A DNA stretch of 62,818 bases, counting the filler, from Sphacelaria rigidula (lineage: Eukaryota), in NCBI GenBank assembly GCA_964200075.2. It is 9 parts of 9 records of this genome, joined end to end, with 100 filler letters (N's around TTAATTAATTAA, not from the genome) between each part and the next. Parts side by side here need not be neighbours in the genome. Positions count along the whole stretch, not along the records: positions 1 to 6,892 come from CAXNAA020017553.1; positions 6,993 to 13,883 come from CAXNAA020017554.1; 7 more parts are not named here. One strand, written 5' to 3'. Positions 1-11,200 of this stretch are shown here, one piece after another (the stretch's first letter is position 1; every line of letters starts with the position of its first letter). Both the position numbers and the translations under genes were made by a program. The notes under the pieces are model-generated. The model worked only from the letters and a program-made list of their open reading frames with translations. It was not told the DNA's origin and made no database searches.

Positions 1-199
1 AAAGTGGACGCAATCCCGGGGAGCGGTGGATTCTCATTTCAAAATACGTTCTCATTCTTCTGGCAACCCTGTTAAATGTACAGGCTGTTACCGTACATAT
101 ACCGGGGGCCGCCACTAGGAAGAACAAAATTAAACAACCCAATGGTTTCCCCCCGGAAACACACGAAATAAATACAGACACATGACATACCGTGTTACG

Positions 200-374
200 A
201 CTTAGTCCGCTATATCGTTCTGTTCGACTTTTCTTTTTTTCTGTTCTTCTTCTGTTCATCTTTTTCTTCACCGCGTATTTCAGATTTATGTTTCTTAGGT
301 ACATCTATTGTGAGACTACGGCTGGATCGCTGGGGGGTCAGTTAAAGTGCGACAATCAATCGATCAATCAATCA
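200..374 (+). mobile_element. 3' end of a (CAAT)n-tailed non-LTR retroposon (dispersed family)
   Basis: Pyrimidine-rich tract + ACGGCTGGATC(G/C)CTGGGGGGTCAGTTAAAGTGCGA + CAATCAAT tail; homologues near 7833-7990(-), 8633-8790(-), 9277-9350(-), 21785-22140(-), 34600-34750(+), 58560-58725(+). Confidence 0.7.
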
Positions 375-509
375 TACCAAAGCTGGTCTTTCCCCCCTGA
401 TTTTACTAGGTCCTTTTCCTCAGCCATTCTTTTTTCCCTTCCTTTCTAGTATTTTCCTTCTGATCTTTCTCTACATTTCTCCCGTTTCCGTTTTATTTTT
501 TGTTGTTTT

Positions 510-3500
510 CAACCTCCCATAACACAGCCCAGACATAGACATGGAATAGAGAAGCTCACCTTCCTTTTTCTTTAACCTACCATGACGTAGCCCGGACACA
601 TACATGAAAAAGAGAAGCTTACCCCTCTTTTCCTTCAACCTACCATAATACAGCCCGGACATAGACATGAAATAGAGAAGCTCACCCTCCTTTTTCTTTA
701 ACCTACCATAACACAGCCCCGGACGTAGACATTAAATAGAGAAGCTTACCCCCCTTTCTCTTCCACCTACCATAACACAGCCCGGACATAGACAGGAAAC
801 AAAGGAGCTACCCCCCCCCCTATATCACCTAGCACAATACAGCCCAGACATAGACATGGAATAGAGAAGCTAACCCCCCTGTTTTATTTATCCTACCATA
901 ACACAGTCCGGACGAAGACATGGGATAGAGAAGCTAACCCCCCTTTTGATTTAACCTACCATAATACAGCCCGAACATGAACAAGGAACAAAGGAGTGAG
1001 CCCTCCTTTTTATTCAACCTACTATAACACAGCCCGGACATGAACAAGAAACAAAGGGGCGAACCCCCCTTTTTCTTTAACCTACCATAACACAGCTCGA
1101 CCATAGAGATGAATTTATTAAGGTGACCCTCCTTTTTCTTTAACCTACCATAACACAGCCCGGACAGACATGAAATAGAGGAGCTCACCCTCCTTTTTCT
1201 TCAACCTACCATAACACAGCCCGGACATGAACAAGGAACAAAGGAGCGAACCCCCCTTTTGCTTAATCTACCATGACACAGCCCGGACATAGACATGAAA
1301 TAGAGAAGCCAACCCTCCTTTTTCTTTAACTTACTATGGCACAGCCCGGACATAGCATGAAACAAATAAGCTAAGCCCCCTTTTAATTTAACCTACCATA
1401 ACACAGCCCGGACATAGACATGAAATAGAGAAGCTCACTCTCCTTTTTCTTTCACGTACCATGACACAGCCCGGACATAAACAAGGAATCCAGGAGCTAA
1501 CCCCCCTTTTGTTGAATCTACCATAACACAGCCCGGACATAGACATGGAATAGTTGAGCTTACCCTGCTTTTTCTTTCACCTACCATAACATAGCCCGGA
1601 TATGAACCTGAAATCAAGGAGATAACCCCCCTTTCTACTCAACATACCATAGTACAGCCAGGACATAGACATTAAATTAAGAAGCTCACCATCCTTTTTT
1701 TTTTTTAACTTATCATAACGCAGCCCAGACATAGACATGAAATAGAGAAGCCCACCCCCCTTTTTTTATTCAACCTACCATAACTCAGCCCGGACATGAA
1801 CAAGGAACAAAGGGGCGAACCTCCCTTTTTTCTTTAACCTACCAGAACACAGCCCGGCCATAAACATGGAATAGAGAAGCTCGCCCTCCTATTTCTTTAA
1901 TCTACCATAACACAGCCCGGACATGGACATGAAAGAGAGAAGCTAACCCCCCTTCTTCTTTAACCTACCATAACACAGCCCGGACATGGACACGAAATAG
2001 AGGAGCTACCCCTCCTTTTTATCCAACCTACTATAACACAGCCCGGACAAGAACAGGAAACAAAGGAGCGAACCCCCCCTTTTTCTTTAACCCACTATAA
2101 TACAGCCTGGCCATAGACATAGAGTCAAGAAGCTAACCCTGCTTTTCCTTTGACCTACTATAACACAGCCCGGACATGAACAAGGAACAAAGGAGGGGAC
2201 CCCCCTCTTGTTTAATCTACCATAACACAGCCCGGACATGGTCATGAAAGAGAGAAGCTTACCCCCCTTATTCTTTAACCTACCATAACACAGCCCAGAC
2301 ATGGACACGAACAAGGAACGAAGGGGTGAACCCTCCTTTCTCTTCAACCTACTATAACGCAGCTCGGCCATAGAGATGAATAGATGAGCTTACCCGCCTT
2401 TTCCTTTAACCTACTATAACCCAGCCCGGACATAGACATGGAATAGATGAGCTTACCCTGCTTTTTCTTTCACCTACCATAACACAGCCCGGACATAAAC
2501 ATGGAATAAATGAGCTTACCCTCCCTTTTATTCAACCTACCATGACACAGCCCGGACATGAACAATGAACAAAGGGGTGAGCCCTCCCTTATTTTCAACA
2601 TACTATAACATAGCTCGGCGATAGAGATGAATATAAGAAGCTCATCCTGCTTTTTCTTTTACCTACTATAACACAGCCTGGACATAGACATGGAATAGAG
2701 AAGCTAACCCTCCTGTTTCTTTAACCTACCATAACACAGCCCGGCCATGAAGATGGAATAGAGAAGCGCGCCCTCCTATTTCTTTAACCTACCATAACAC
2801 AGCCCGGACATGAACAAGGGATGAAGGGGCGGACCCCCCTTTTGTTTAATCTACCATAACACAGCCCGGACATGGACATAAAAGAGAGAAGCTATCCCCC
2901 CTTTTGATTCAACCTACCATAACACAGCCCGGACATAGACACGAAAAGAGGAGCTACCCCTCCTTTTTATTCAACCTACTATAACACAGCCGGGACAAAA
3001 GCAGGAAACGAAGGGGCGAACCCCCCTTTTTTCTTCAACCCACTATAACACAGCCCGGCCACAGAAATGAAATAATGAAGCTATTCCTGCTTTTCCTTTA
3101 GCGTACTATAACACAGCCCGAACATAGACATGAAATAGAGAAGCTCATCCTCTTTTATTATCCTACCATAACACAGCCCGGACATGAACAAGGAACAAAG
3201 GGGTGGACTCCCCTCTTGTTTAATCTACCATAACACAGCCCGGACATGGACATGAAAAAGAGAAGCTCACCCTCCTTATTGTTGGACCTACCATAAGACA
3301 GCCCAGACATGAACAAGGAACGAAGGAGTGAGCCCTCCTTTCAAGTCAACCTACTCTAACACAGCTCGGCCATAGAGATGGATAAATGAGCTTACCCGCC
3401 TTTTCCTTTAACCTACTATAACCCAGCCCGGACATAGACATGAAGTTAAGAAGCTCACCCTCCTTTTTATTCAACCTACCATAACGCAGCCCGGACATGG

Positions 3501-6500
3501 ACATGAAATAGAGAAGCTCACCCCCCTCTTTATATTCAACCTACCATGACTCAGCCTGGACATGAACAAATAGCAAAGGGGCGAACCCCCTTTTTTTCTT
3601 TAACCTACCATAACACAGCCCGGCCATAAACATGGAATAGAGAAGCTCGCCCTCCTTTTTATTCAACCTACCATAACACAGCCCGGACATAGACATCGAA
3701 TACAGAAGTTAACCGTCTTTTTTATTCAACCTACCATAACACAGCCCGGACATGAACAAGGAACAAAGGGGTGAGCCCTCCCTTTTATTCAACCTACTAT
3801 AACACAGCTCGGCCATAGAGATGAATGTAAGAAACTCTCCGACACTTTCTACGATACCTCCCCCAGAAACGTGCATGGTTTTCAACATAAGGCGCTGTAT
3901 GGCAATTTTTTTCGTAACACTTTTCGGCTGGTTATGGAGGGGGGGCTATCGTAGAAAGTGTCCACCCTGCTTTTTCTTTTACCTACTATAACACAGCCCG
4001 GACATAGACATGGAATAGAGAAGCTAACCCTCCTGTTTCTTTAGCCTACCATAACACAGCCCGGCCATAAAGATGGAAAAGAGAAGCTCGCCCTCCTATT
4101 ACTTTCACCTACCATAACACAGCCCGGAAATGAACAAGGGATAAAGGGGCGGACCCCCCTTTCGTTCAATCTGCCATAACACAGCCCGGACATGGACATG
4201 AAAGACAGAAGCTAACCCCCCTTTTGATTTAACCGACCATAACACAGCCCGGATATAGACACGAAATAGAGGAGCTACCTCTCCTTTGTATTCAACCTAC
4301 TATAACACAGCCCGGACAAGAACAGGAAAAAAAGGGGCCAACCCCTCTTCTTTCTTTAACCCACTATAACACAGCCCGGCCATAGACATGAAATAAAGAA
4401 GCTAACCCTGCTTTTCCTTTGACCTACTATAACACAGCCCGGCCATAGACATGAAATTAAGAAGCTAACCCTGCTTTTCCTTTGACCTTCTATAACACAG
4501 CCCGGACATAGTCATGAAATGAGAAGCTCGCCCTCCTTTTTCTTTAGCGTACCATAAGAGAGCCCGGCCATAAACATTGAATAGAGAAGCTCGCCCTCCT
4601 TTCTATTCAACCTACCATAACACAGCCCGGACAAGGGCATGAAATAGAGAAGCTCACCCTCCTTATTCTCGAACCTACCATAAGACAGCCCAGACATGAA
4701 CAAGAGACAAAGGGGCGGATCCTCTTTTCTATGTCACCCACTATAACACAGCCCGGACATGGACATGGAATAGAGAAGCTCACCCTCCTTTTACTTTAAC
4801 CTACTATAACGCAGCCCGGCCATAGACATGAAATAGAGAAGCTAAGCCCCTTGTGATTCAACCTACCATAACATGGCCCGGACAAAGACATGAAATACAG
4901 AAGCCCAACCCCCCTCTTCATTCAATCTACCATAACACAGCCCGGACATAGACATGGAATACAGAAGCTAACCCCCCTTTTTATTCAACCTACCATAACA
5001 CAGCCCGGACATGAACAAGGAACAAAGGAGTGAGCCCTCCTTTTTCTTTTACCTACTATAACACAGCTCGGCCATAGAGATGGATATAAGAAGCTCACCC
5101 TGCGTTTTCTTTTACCTACTATAACACAGCCCGGACATAGACATGAAAGATAAAAGCTCACCCTATTTTTATCCAACCTACCATGACACAGCCCGGACAT
5201 GAACAAGGAACAAAGGAGGGGATCCCCCTCTTGTTTAATCTTCCATAACACAGCCCGGACATGGACATGAAAGAGAGAAGCTTACCCTCCTTTTTCTTCA
5301 ACCTACCCTAACACAGCCCGGACATGAACAAGGAACGAAGGGGTGACCCCTCCTTTCTCTTCAACCTACTCTAACACAGCTCGGCCATGAAGATGGATTT
5401 ATAAAGCCCACCCTCCTTTTTCTTTAACCTACAATACCACAGACCGGCCATAAACATGGAATAGAGAAGCTCACCCTCCTTTTTATTCAACGTACGATAA
5501 CGCAGCCCGGACATAGACATGCAATAGAGAAGGCCATCCCCCCTTTTTTATTCAACCTACTATAAATCAGCGCGGACATGAACAAGCAACGAAGGAGCGA
5601 ACCCCCTTTTTTCTTTGACCTATCATAACACAGCCCGGCCATAAACATGGAATAGAGAAGCTCACCCTCTTTTGTTTTAAGCTACCATAACACAGCCCGG
5701 ACAAAGACATGGAATAGATGAGCTTACCCTACTTTTTTTTCAACCTACCCTAACACAGCCCGGACATGAACAAGGAACGAAGGGGCGGACCCCCCTTTTG
5801 TTTCATCTACTCTAACACAGCCCGGACATGGACATGAAATACAGAAGCTCACCCTCCTCATCCTTGAACCTACCATAAGACAGCCCGGACATGAACCAGG
5901 AACGAAGGGGTGCGCCCTCCTTTTCATTCAACCTACTCTAACACAGCTCGGCAATAGAGATGGATTTAAGAAGCTAACCCTCCTTTTCCTTTAACCTACT
6001 ATAACACATCCCGGACAAAGACATGAAAGAGAGAAGCTGACCCCCCTGTCCATTTAACCTACCATAACGCTGCCCGGACATAGACATGGAATAGAGAAGT
6101 CCACCCCCCTTTTTTATTCAACCTACCATAACCCAGCCCGGACATGAACAAGGAACAAAGGGGCGAACCCCCCTCTTTTCTTCAACCTACCATAACACAG
6201 CCCGGCCATGGACATGGAATAGAGAAGCTCACCCTCTCTTTTTTTTTACCTACCATAACACAGCCCGGACATAGACATGGAGGAATAGATGAGCTTACCC
6301 TGCTTTTTCTTTAACCTACCATAACAGAGCCCGGACATGAATAAGGGATAAAGGGGCGGACCCCCCTTTCGTTGAATCTACCATAACACAGCCCGGACAT
6401 GAACATGAAAGAGAAAAGCTAACCCTCCTTTTCATGTAACCTACCATAACACAGCCCGGACATAAACACGAAATAGAGAAGCTACCCCGCCTTTTTATTC

Positions 6501-6815
6501 AACCTACTATAACACAGCCCGGACATGAACAAGAAACAAAGGGGCGAACCTCCCTTTTTTTTAACCCACTATGACACAGCTCGGACATAGACATGAAATA
6601 GGGAAGGACATCCCCCTTTTTTATTCAACCTACCATAACTCAGCCCGGACATGAACAAGGAACAAGGGGGCGGACCCCCCTTTTTTCTTTAACCTACCAT
6701 AACATAGCCCAGCCATAAACATGGAATAGAGAAGCTCGCCCTCCTTTTTCTTCAGCCTACTATAACACAGCCCGGACATAGACATGGAATAGATGAGCTC
6801 ACCCTGCTTTTTCTT
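510..6815. repeat. Tandem satellite/minisatellite array, ~62-63 bp monomer (~100 copies)
   Basis: Consensus ACCTACCATAACACAGCCCGGACATAGACATGAAATAGAGAAGCTCACCCTCCTTTTTCTTTA; the (c)ctacc motif recurs at 1144, 1205, 1267, 1330, 1392, 1455; at least three monomer subtypes. Confidence 0.97.
3841..3962. mobile_element. 122-bp MITE inserted in a satellite monomer
   Basis: Perfect 16-bp TIR GACACTTTCTACGATA / TATCGTAGAAAGTGTC; interrupts monomer motif gaagctcaccctgc; flanks CTCC / CACC. Confidence 0.85.
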
Positions 6816-6892
6816 CAGTGCAATATACAAGGGTAGACCCCTATGTTTTTGGAGCAAAAAAGGATGGCGCATTTTTCGCTTTGGGGCGCGGC

Positions 6893-6992
6893 NNNNNNNN
6901 NNNNNNNNNNNNNNNNNNNNNNNNNNNNNNNNNNNNTTAATTAATTAANNNNNNNNNNNNNNNNNNNNNNNNNNNNNNNNNNNNNNNNNNNN
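6893..6992. other. Artificial contig spacer N44-TTAATTAATTAA-N44 (also 13884-13983, 20875-20974, 27866-27965, 34857-34956, 41848-41947, 48839-48938, 55829-55928)
   Basis: Identical 100-nt linker with stops in all six frames; flanking contigs are 6892, 6891 (x6), 6890, 6890 nt, i.e. sorted by length. Confidence 0.99.
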
Positions 6993-7309
6993 CCCCCCCC
7001 CCCCTCCCGAAAGGGGGGGTGGGGCCGGGACAAAAGTCCAGACGAAAGCACCAACGAGCCCCCCCCCCCCCCCCCCCCCCCCATCCCCCTGCCTCACGAA
7101 AATAGACCTCTCCCCCCTATCATCATCCTGCGCCAGACCCCTGATGAATGAGCGTAACGCCGCGAGGTGAAGGTGCCGAGACTCAAACTCGAGCACGTCA
7201 ATATGCACCCATCTGTCGTTGTCTTGTATCATCTACATATACCGCGCTCGGGATATACGTCAACATCCATTATAAAGCACATCGTGCACCCCTCCCCCCT
7301 ACCCCATGG

Positions 7310-7406
7310 AGCCTGGTCCGGCGAAAACCCGGCGTGCTCCGTCCGGGCTTCATAGAGATGCAAGGTCAACGGTCTCATGACCGCGGCACGCAAGACTATG
7401 AGTACA
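7310..7406 (+). repeat. Dispersed short repeat family (AGCCTGGTCCGGCGAAAACCCGGCGTG... core)
   Basis: Homologous copies near 29659-29757(-), 34992-35040(-), 42029-42124(-), 43861-43928(+); related segments near 35060-35140, 56310-56395, 62640-62730. Confidence 0.75.
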
Positions 7407-7574
7407 ACGCTCACATGCCCAAAATAATACCATGCCGAATTTCCCCCCGTTACAGGATCCAGGAGATGTAATTCAGTACAGGTACAACGAAAAAAATGAT
7501 CCAATCATGACTGAGCCACTGTACGATATATATTCCGTGCAGGAAAGCGATCATGCCGTGAGTACACAAAACTT

Positions 7575-7789
7575 GACTTAACGGCCGACGAGGAAACGGG
7601 ACTGCTGAACCCCTCTCGAGAAAAAAATAAAGGCAAGCACCGCAAAAGGAAGGTGGAGTACTAAAACTGTTAGAAAGGAAAAATTCCTTTTTTGACCTTC
7701 CTCCTGTGTGACCCCGGCCGGTGCGCCCACATATACCGAAAAGATGTAGACCGGCGTCCAGAATAGATGGGATGACAACACAACACACA
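7575..7789 (+). mobile_element. 5'-truncated copy of tRNA-derived SINE
   Basis: Matches the 3' half of the SINEs at 25728-26199 and 60974-61575 (CTTCCTCCTGTGTGACCCCG...GACCGGCGTCCAGAATAGATGGGATGACAACAC tail). Confidence 0.75.
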
Positions 7790-8288
7790 GTGAATAGCGC
7801 CTATGGTTGATCCACATGATCCCTACCATCGATGGATTGATTGAATGATGGGTTGATTATCGCACATTAACCGATTCCCTAGGAATCAAGCCGTGGTGAC
7901 AGTAAAGGCGCAACCAAGGCAGGAAACAAAGACGGGAATGCCGGCTAGAGAAAGCTCCAAAAGGCGGTAGACAAAGAGAGAGGAGGGGGGAAAGAGAGTC
8001 ACACACACGGAGCAAAATAATCTGAAAAATGACAAAAACGTATCCTTCCACATAACAGTTGAACCCGCGAAGACACCCAGTTCTATATATTGAAATTTTA
8101 CAACCATCGTTGACTCTCAACAAAACTCGGCCAATGCATGGGTGCTCAAACGGATAATGATGAGGATTTACCCCGTAAACCGCATCAAACCCCCCCCCCT
8201 CCCTCCCCCATCCACATCCGCGTTTCCAGAGCATTCCCAGAACTTTTTGAAGACTCAAGCGTGTCCTGTGCCAACTGACCGCTCTCAC

Positions 8289-11200
8289 CATGTGTGTCAT
8301 ACGCGGGCCTCTCCCTCTCCAGCTTGAAGACAATCATCCCGCTGTCGTGTCCCGCGGCCAAAAGATTCTGCTCCGGGTGCGCAGCCAGGATCCAAAAGCG
8401 GTCGTTCTCTCGGCGGAAGGTTTGCACACCCATTCGCTGACTGATATCCCAAACCTTGTGTTATTGAAGTTTCGACACAAAAAACAAGGAAAATCAAGAG
8501 AAAAAAAAAAGGCGAGAGGGATGGTGGGTATGACAGGCAGGCAAGACCGAAACAGGAAGCCTGATATTTTTGTTCTTCCCTTGTCTAAAAAGATACCAAA
8601 ACAAGAAACCTATCCAATCCATTATACAATTTAATTGATTGATTGACTGACTGATTGATTTTCGCACTTTAACCGACCCCCCAGGGATCCAGCCGTGGTC
8701 CCATGGCACACGTACCCAAGACGAAACAAAACTGAAACACTCGCTGAATAAAAAATAAGGACCAGAAAAAGTAAAAAAAAGCGACACGGTAGACCAAGAC
8801 GTGAAAATAAGATTGAGTAAAAAGTCAAGAACAGCAACAACAACAAAAAATGCATCCCAACCCATCCCACTAGAGCGCTGAGCCCCCCACCTGTACAGAA
8901 TTCACGATTTGCTACTTTGAATCTCAATGCTAATTTGTTTAATGGTACTCTACTACCCTGGTTCATTACGCCAGTACCCCACCCTTTTTTTCCAATCAAG
9001 ACATCTGCAGCGCCCGTGCCCTGGTGAATATATTCAAGGCACTGTAGTATGAACATACGAGCGATGCCGCGCCTCTCCCCTCAAAACGTGGCTTTTTGAC
9101 GAAGCATAATCTACATGTGAGTCAAAATAACAGAAGCCGAGCACACCGAGCAGCCAAGAACGTCCACGCTTGCGATCGCTGTTGCCAACGCCGCCCGTAT
9201 GAAGCGCTTTATGCAGTCCGAAAGCAGCTGTCATGCCCTGTGTGGCCACTTTCTTCGTGGCAATTTTGGGGCTTGTTTGATTGATTCAAGTTCATTGATT
9301 GTCGTACTTCAACTGCCCCCCCCAGGGATCCAGCCATTGTCACGTGACTTTAGGTTCAGGGTTGCGATATCGTGGCATCAGTCTTACACCACTGATGACG
9401 GTTTCAGCGCTCACCCTAATGGAGCGGTCTTCGCTGTTGCTGACGATCAGCTCGCGCTTCGGGTGGAAAATGACACACGACACATTGTTGGTGTGCCCCG
9501 TCATGGTGTGGACCTCCCACGCTTTGGTCTCATTCATGCGCCATAGTTTCACCTGATGTGAAGAAGCAAATAAGAAAATAAAAAGAGAGCAACAGAGACA
9601 AAACCAGCGCACAGACAACAATCATGAAAGCACACACGATCCCCAACCAAATACAAGCCGTCAGATGTCGAGTGGCGCAATAGCAAAAGAGGTGTAGCGG
9701 GTTTCCAACCATTGTTCGCAATGTTCCAACTCGAAAGTATGTTGAGGCAAATAAGCGACGGCTACACCCACTCGAGAAGCACAAAAAATCAACACGCCCT
9801 AACCTCTGTAAAAGTTACTCCATCGCAGCAATTAGACGCTCTCAGTGATATATCGTGTGACCAAGCCAGCATACACCAATCCACGAGGGTCGAGCTTCAA
9901 ATTTCGCGACACCTTTCAAACATCCGTCATGGTTGCACACCTCGATCATCTACGCGGCAACGCCTAATCAACGACAGAACGACGAAACTCAGAAAGCAAA
10001 CACAATACTGTTGGGCCCTCTTTCTCAGATGGGGGGGAGGAGAGTAGAGGCTTGTCCCACGGAGCCATATCCTGGACGATGGATGACGTTGTGAAAAGTA
10101 TACTGCATACAGTATGTAATATATCTTCTCCTGTAATAGACGCAATCGTCGATACTGCACGCAGTACACTTTTTCACGATGTGATCCATCATCATCCAGA
10201 TTGTGCACGGAACACGAACATTCATGCACAACACGGAGAGCAGGGACTTTCATTCACAGAATATGATGGAGGTAGTTGTGAAGAGAAAAGTAGGTATGCT
10301 CCAGACACGAGATTTCGCACCGAGTGTTCTCCGGGTACAAAAAAGACACTATGTTTACCGAAGAGATACAAAAAAATCACGCGTCATATGAATCATATAC
10401 CCCGCCTGCCGCCCCCCCCCACCCTCACCCCCCGCGCCGGGGCGTGCCCCCCATCCCCNNNNNNNNNNAAAAAAAACAAGAGTTACTAACACAAAAAAAA
10501 AAAAAACCGCGCTACATACACAAACTACCCCCCCCCCCCCCCCCCCCCCGCGTGCCGCCCTGGGATGATCTTTAATCCAACTCTCGACTTCGTTCGACAA
10601 TACTTACGGTTGCCATGCCGAACTGCCTGCTGATCCTTCGTGCCCGCACAGACCGACACCTGATGTAGTCTGATGAGTCATTCCCCACGCATAGACTGAG
10701 CGGTCAGAGATTTCACTCTTTGTCTGCACAACGTGGATGGTCATTTTTTAGAGACTCGATGTCACATACGCTCTACGAGCTGATTGTGAAAAGGTGATTT
10801 CTTGACAGACACTTGTAGAATTTGTTCCTCATATGTGTTTGTTTCCACATCACGGCCCCCTTCATGAACCTCTTGGGGGTTTCGTAGGAGTAACCTTTTA
10901 CGCCAGCTAGCGGTTGGAATCCTGCTTTTTGATTCACACATCCTTCACGTGTGTTGGGTTGCCCAATCAACAATCACCGCAGGACATTTTCCGTTAGTTT
11001 TGAACTCTGCTTCAGAAGGTACCCACCATTTTTTTGGCTCCCACATTTCTGGTGAGGTCCAGGATTTGAACCCGGGACTTTTTGTTTGTGAAGCGTACGA
11101 GTTATCTCACTGGTGTTGCCAATGTTAGAAGGTCATTCCTTGACAGACACTGGTGGGAATTTGTCTCTTTTATGTGGTGGTTCCCACATGAATACATTTA

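Noticed and set aside
510-6815. CRISPR-like array (constant core alternating with variable segment)
   Set aside because: The variable segments are homologous to each other (three subtypes) rather than unique spacers; no cas genes or leader; eukaryotic context.
471-6872. Short minus-strand ORFs (MSGLCYGRL...) as genes
   Set aside because: They are translations of the satellite, repeatedly broken by indels.
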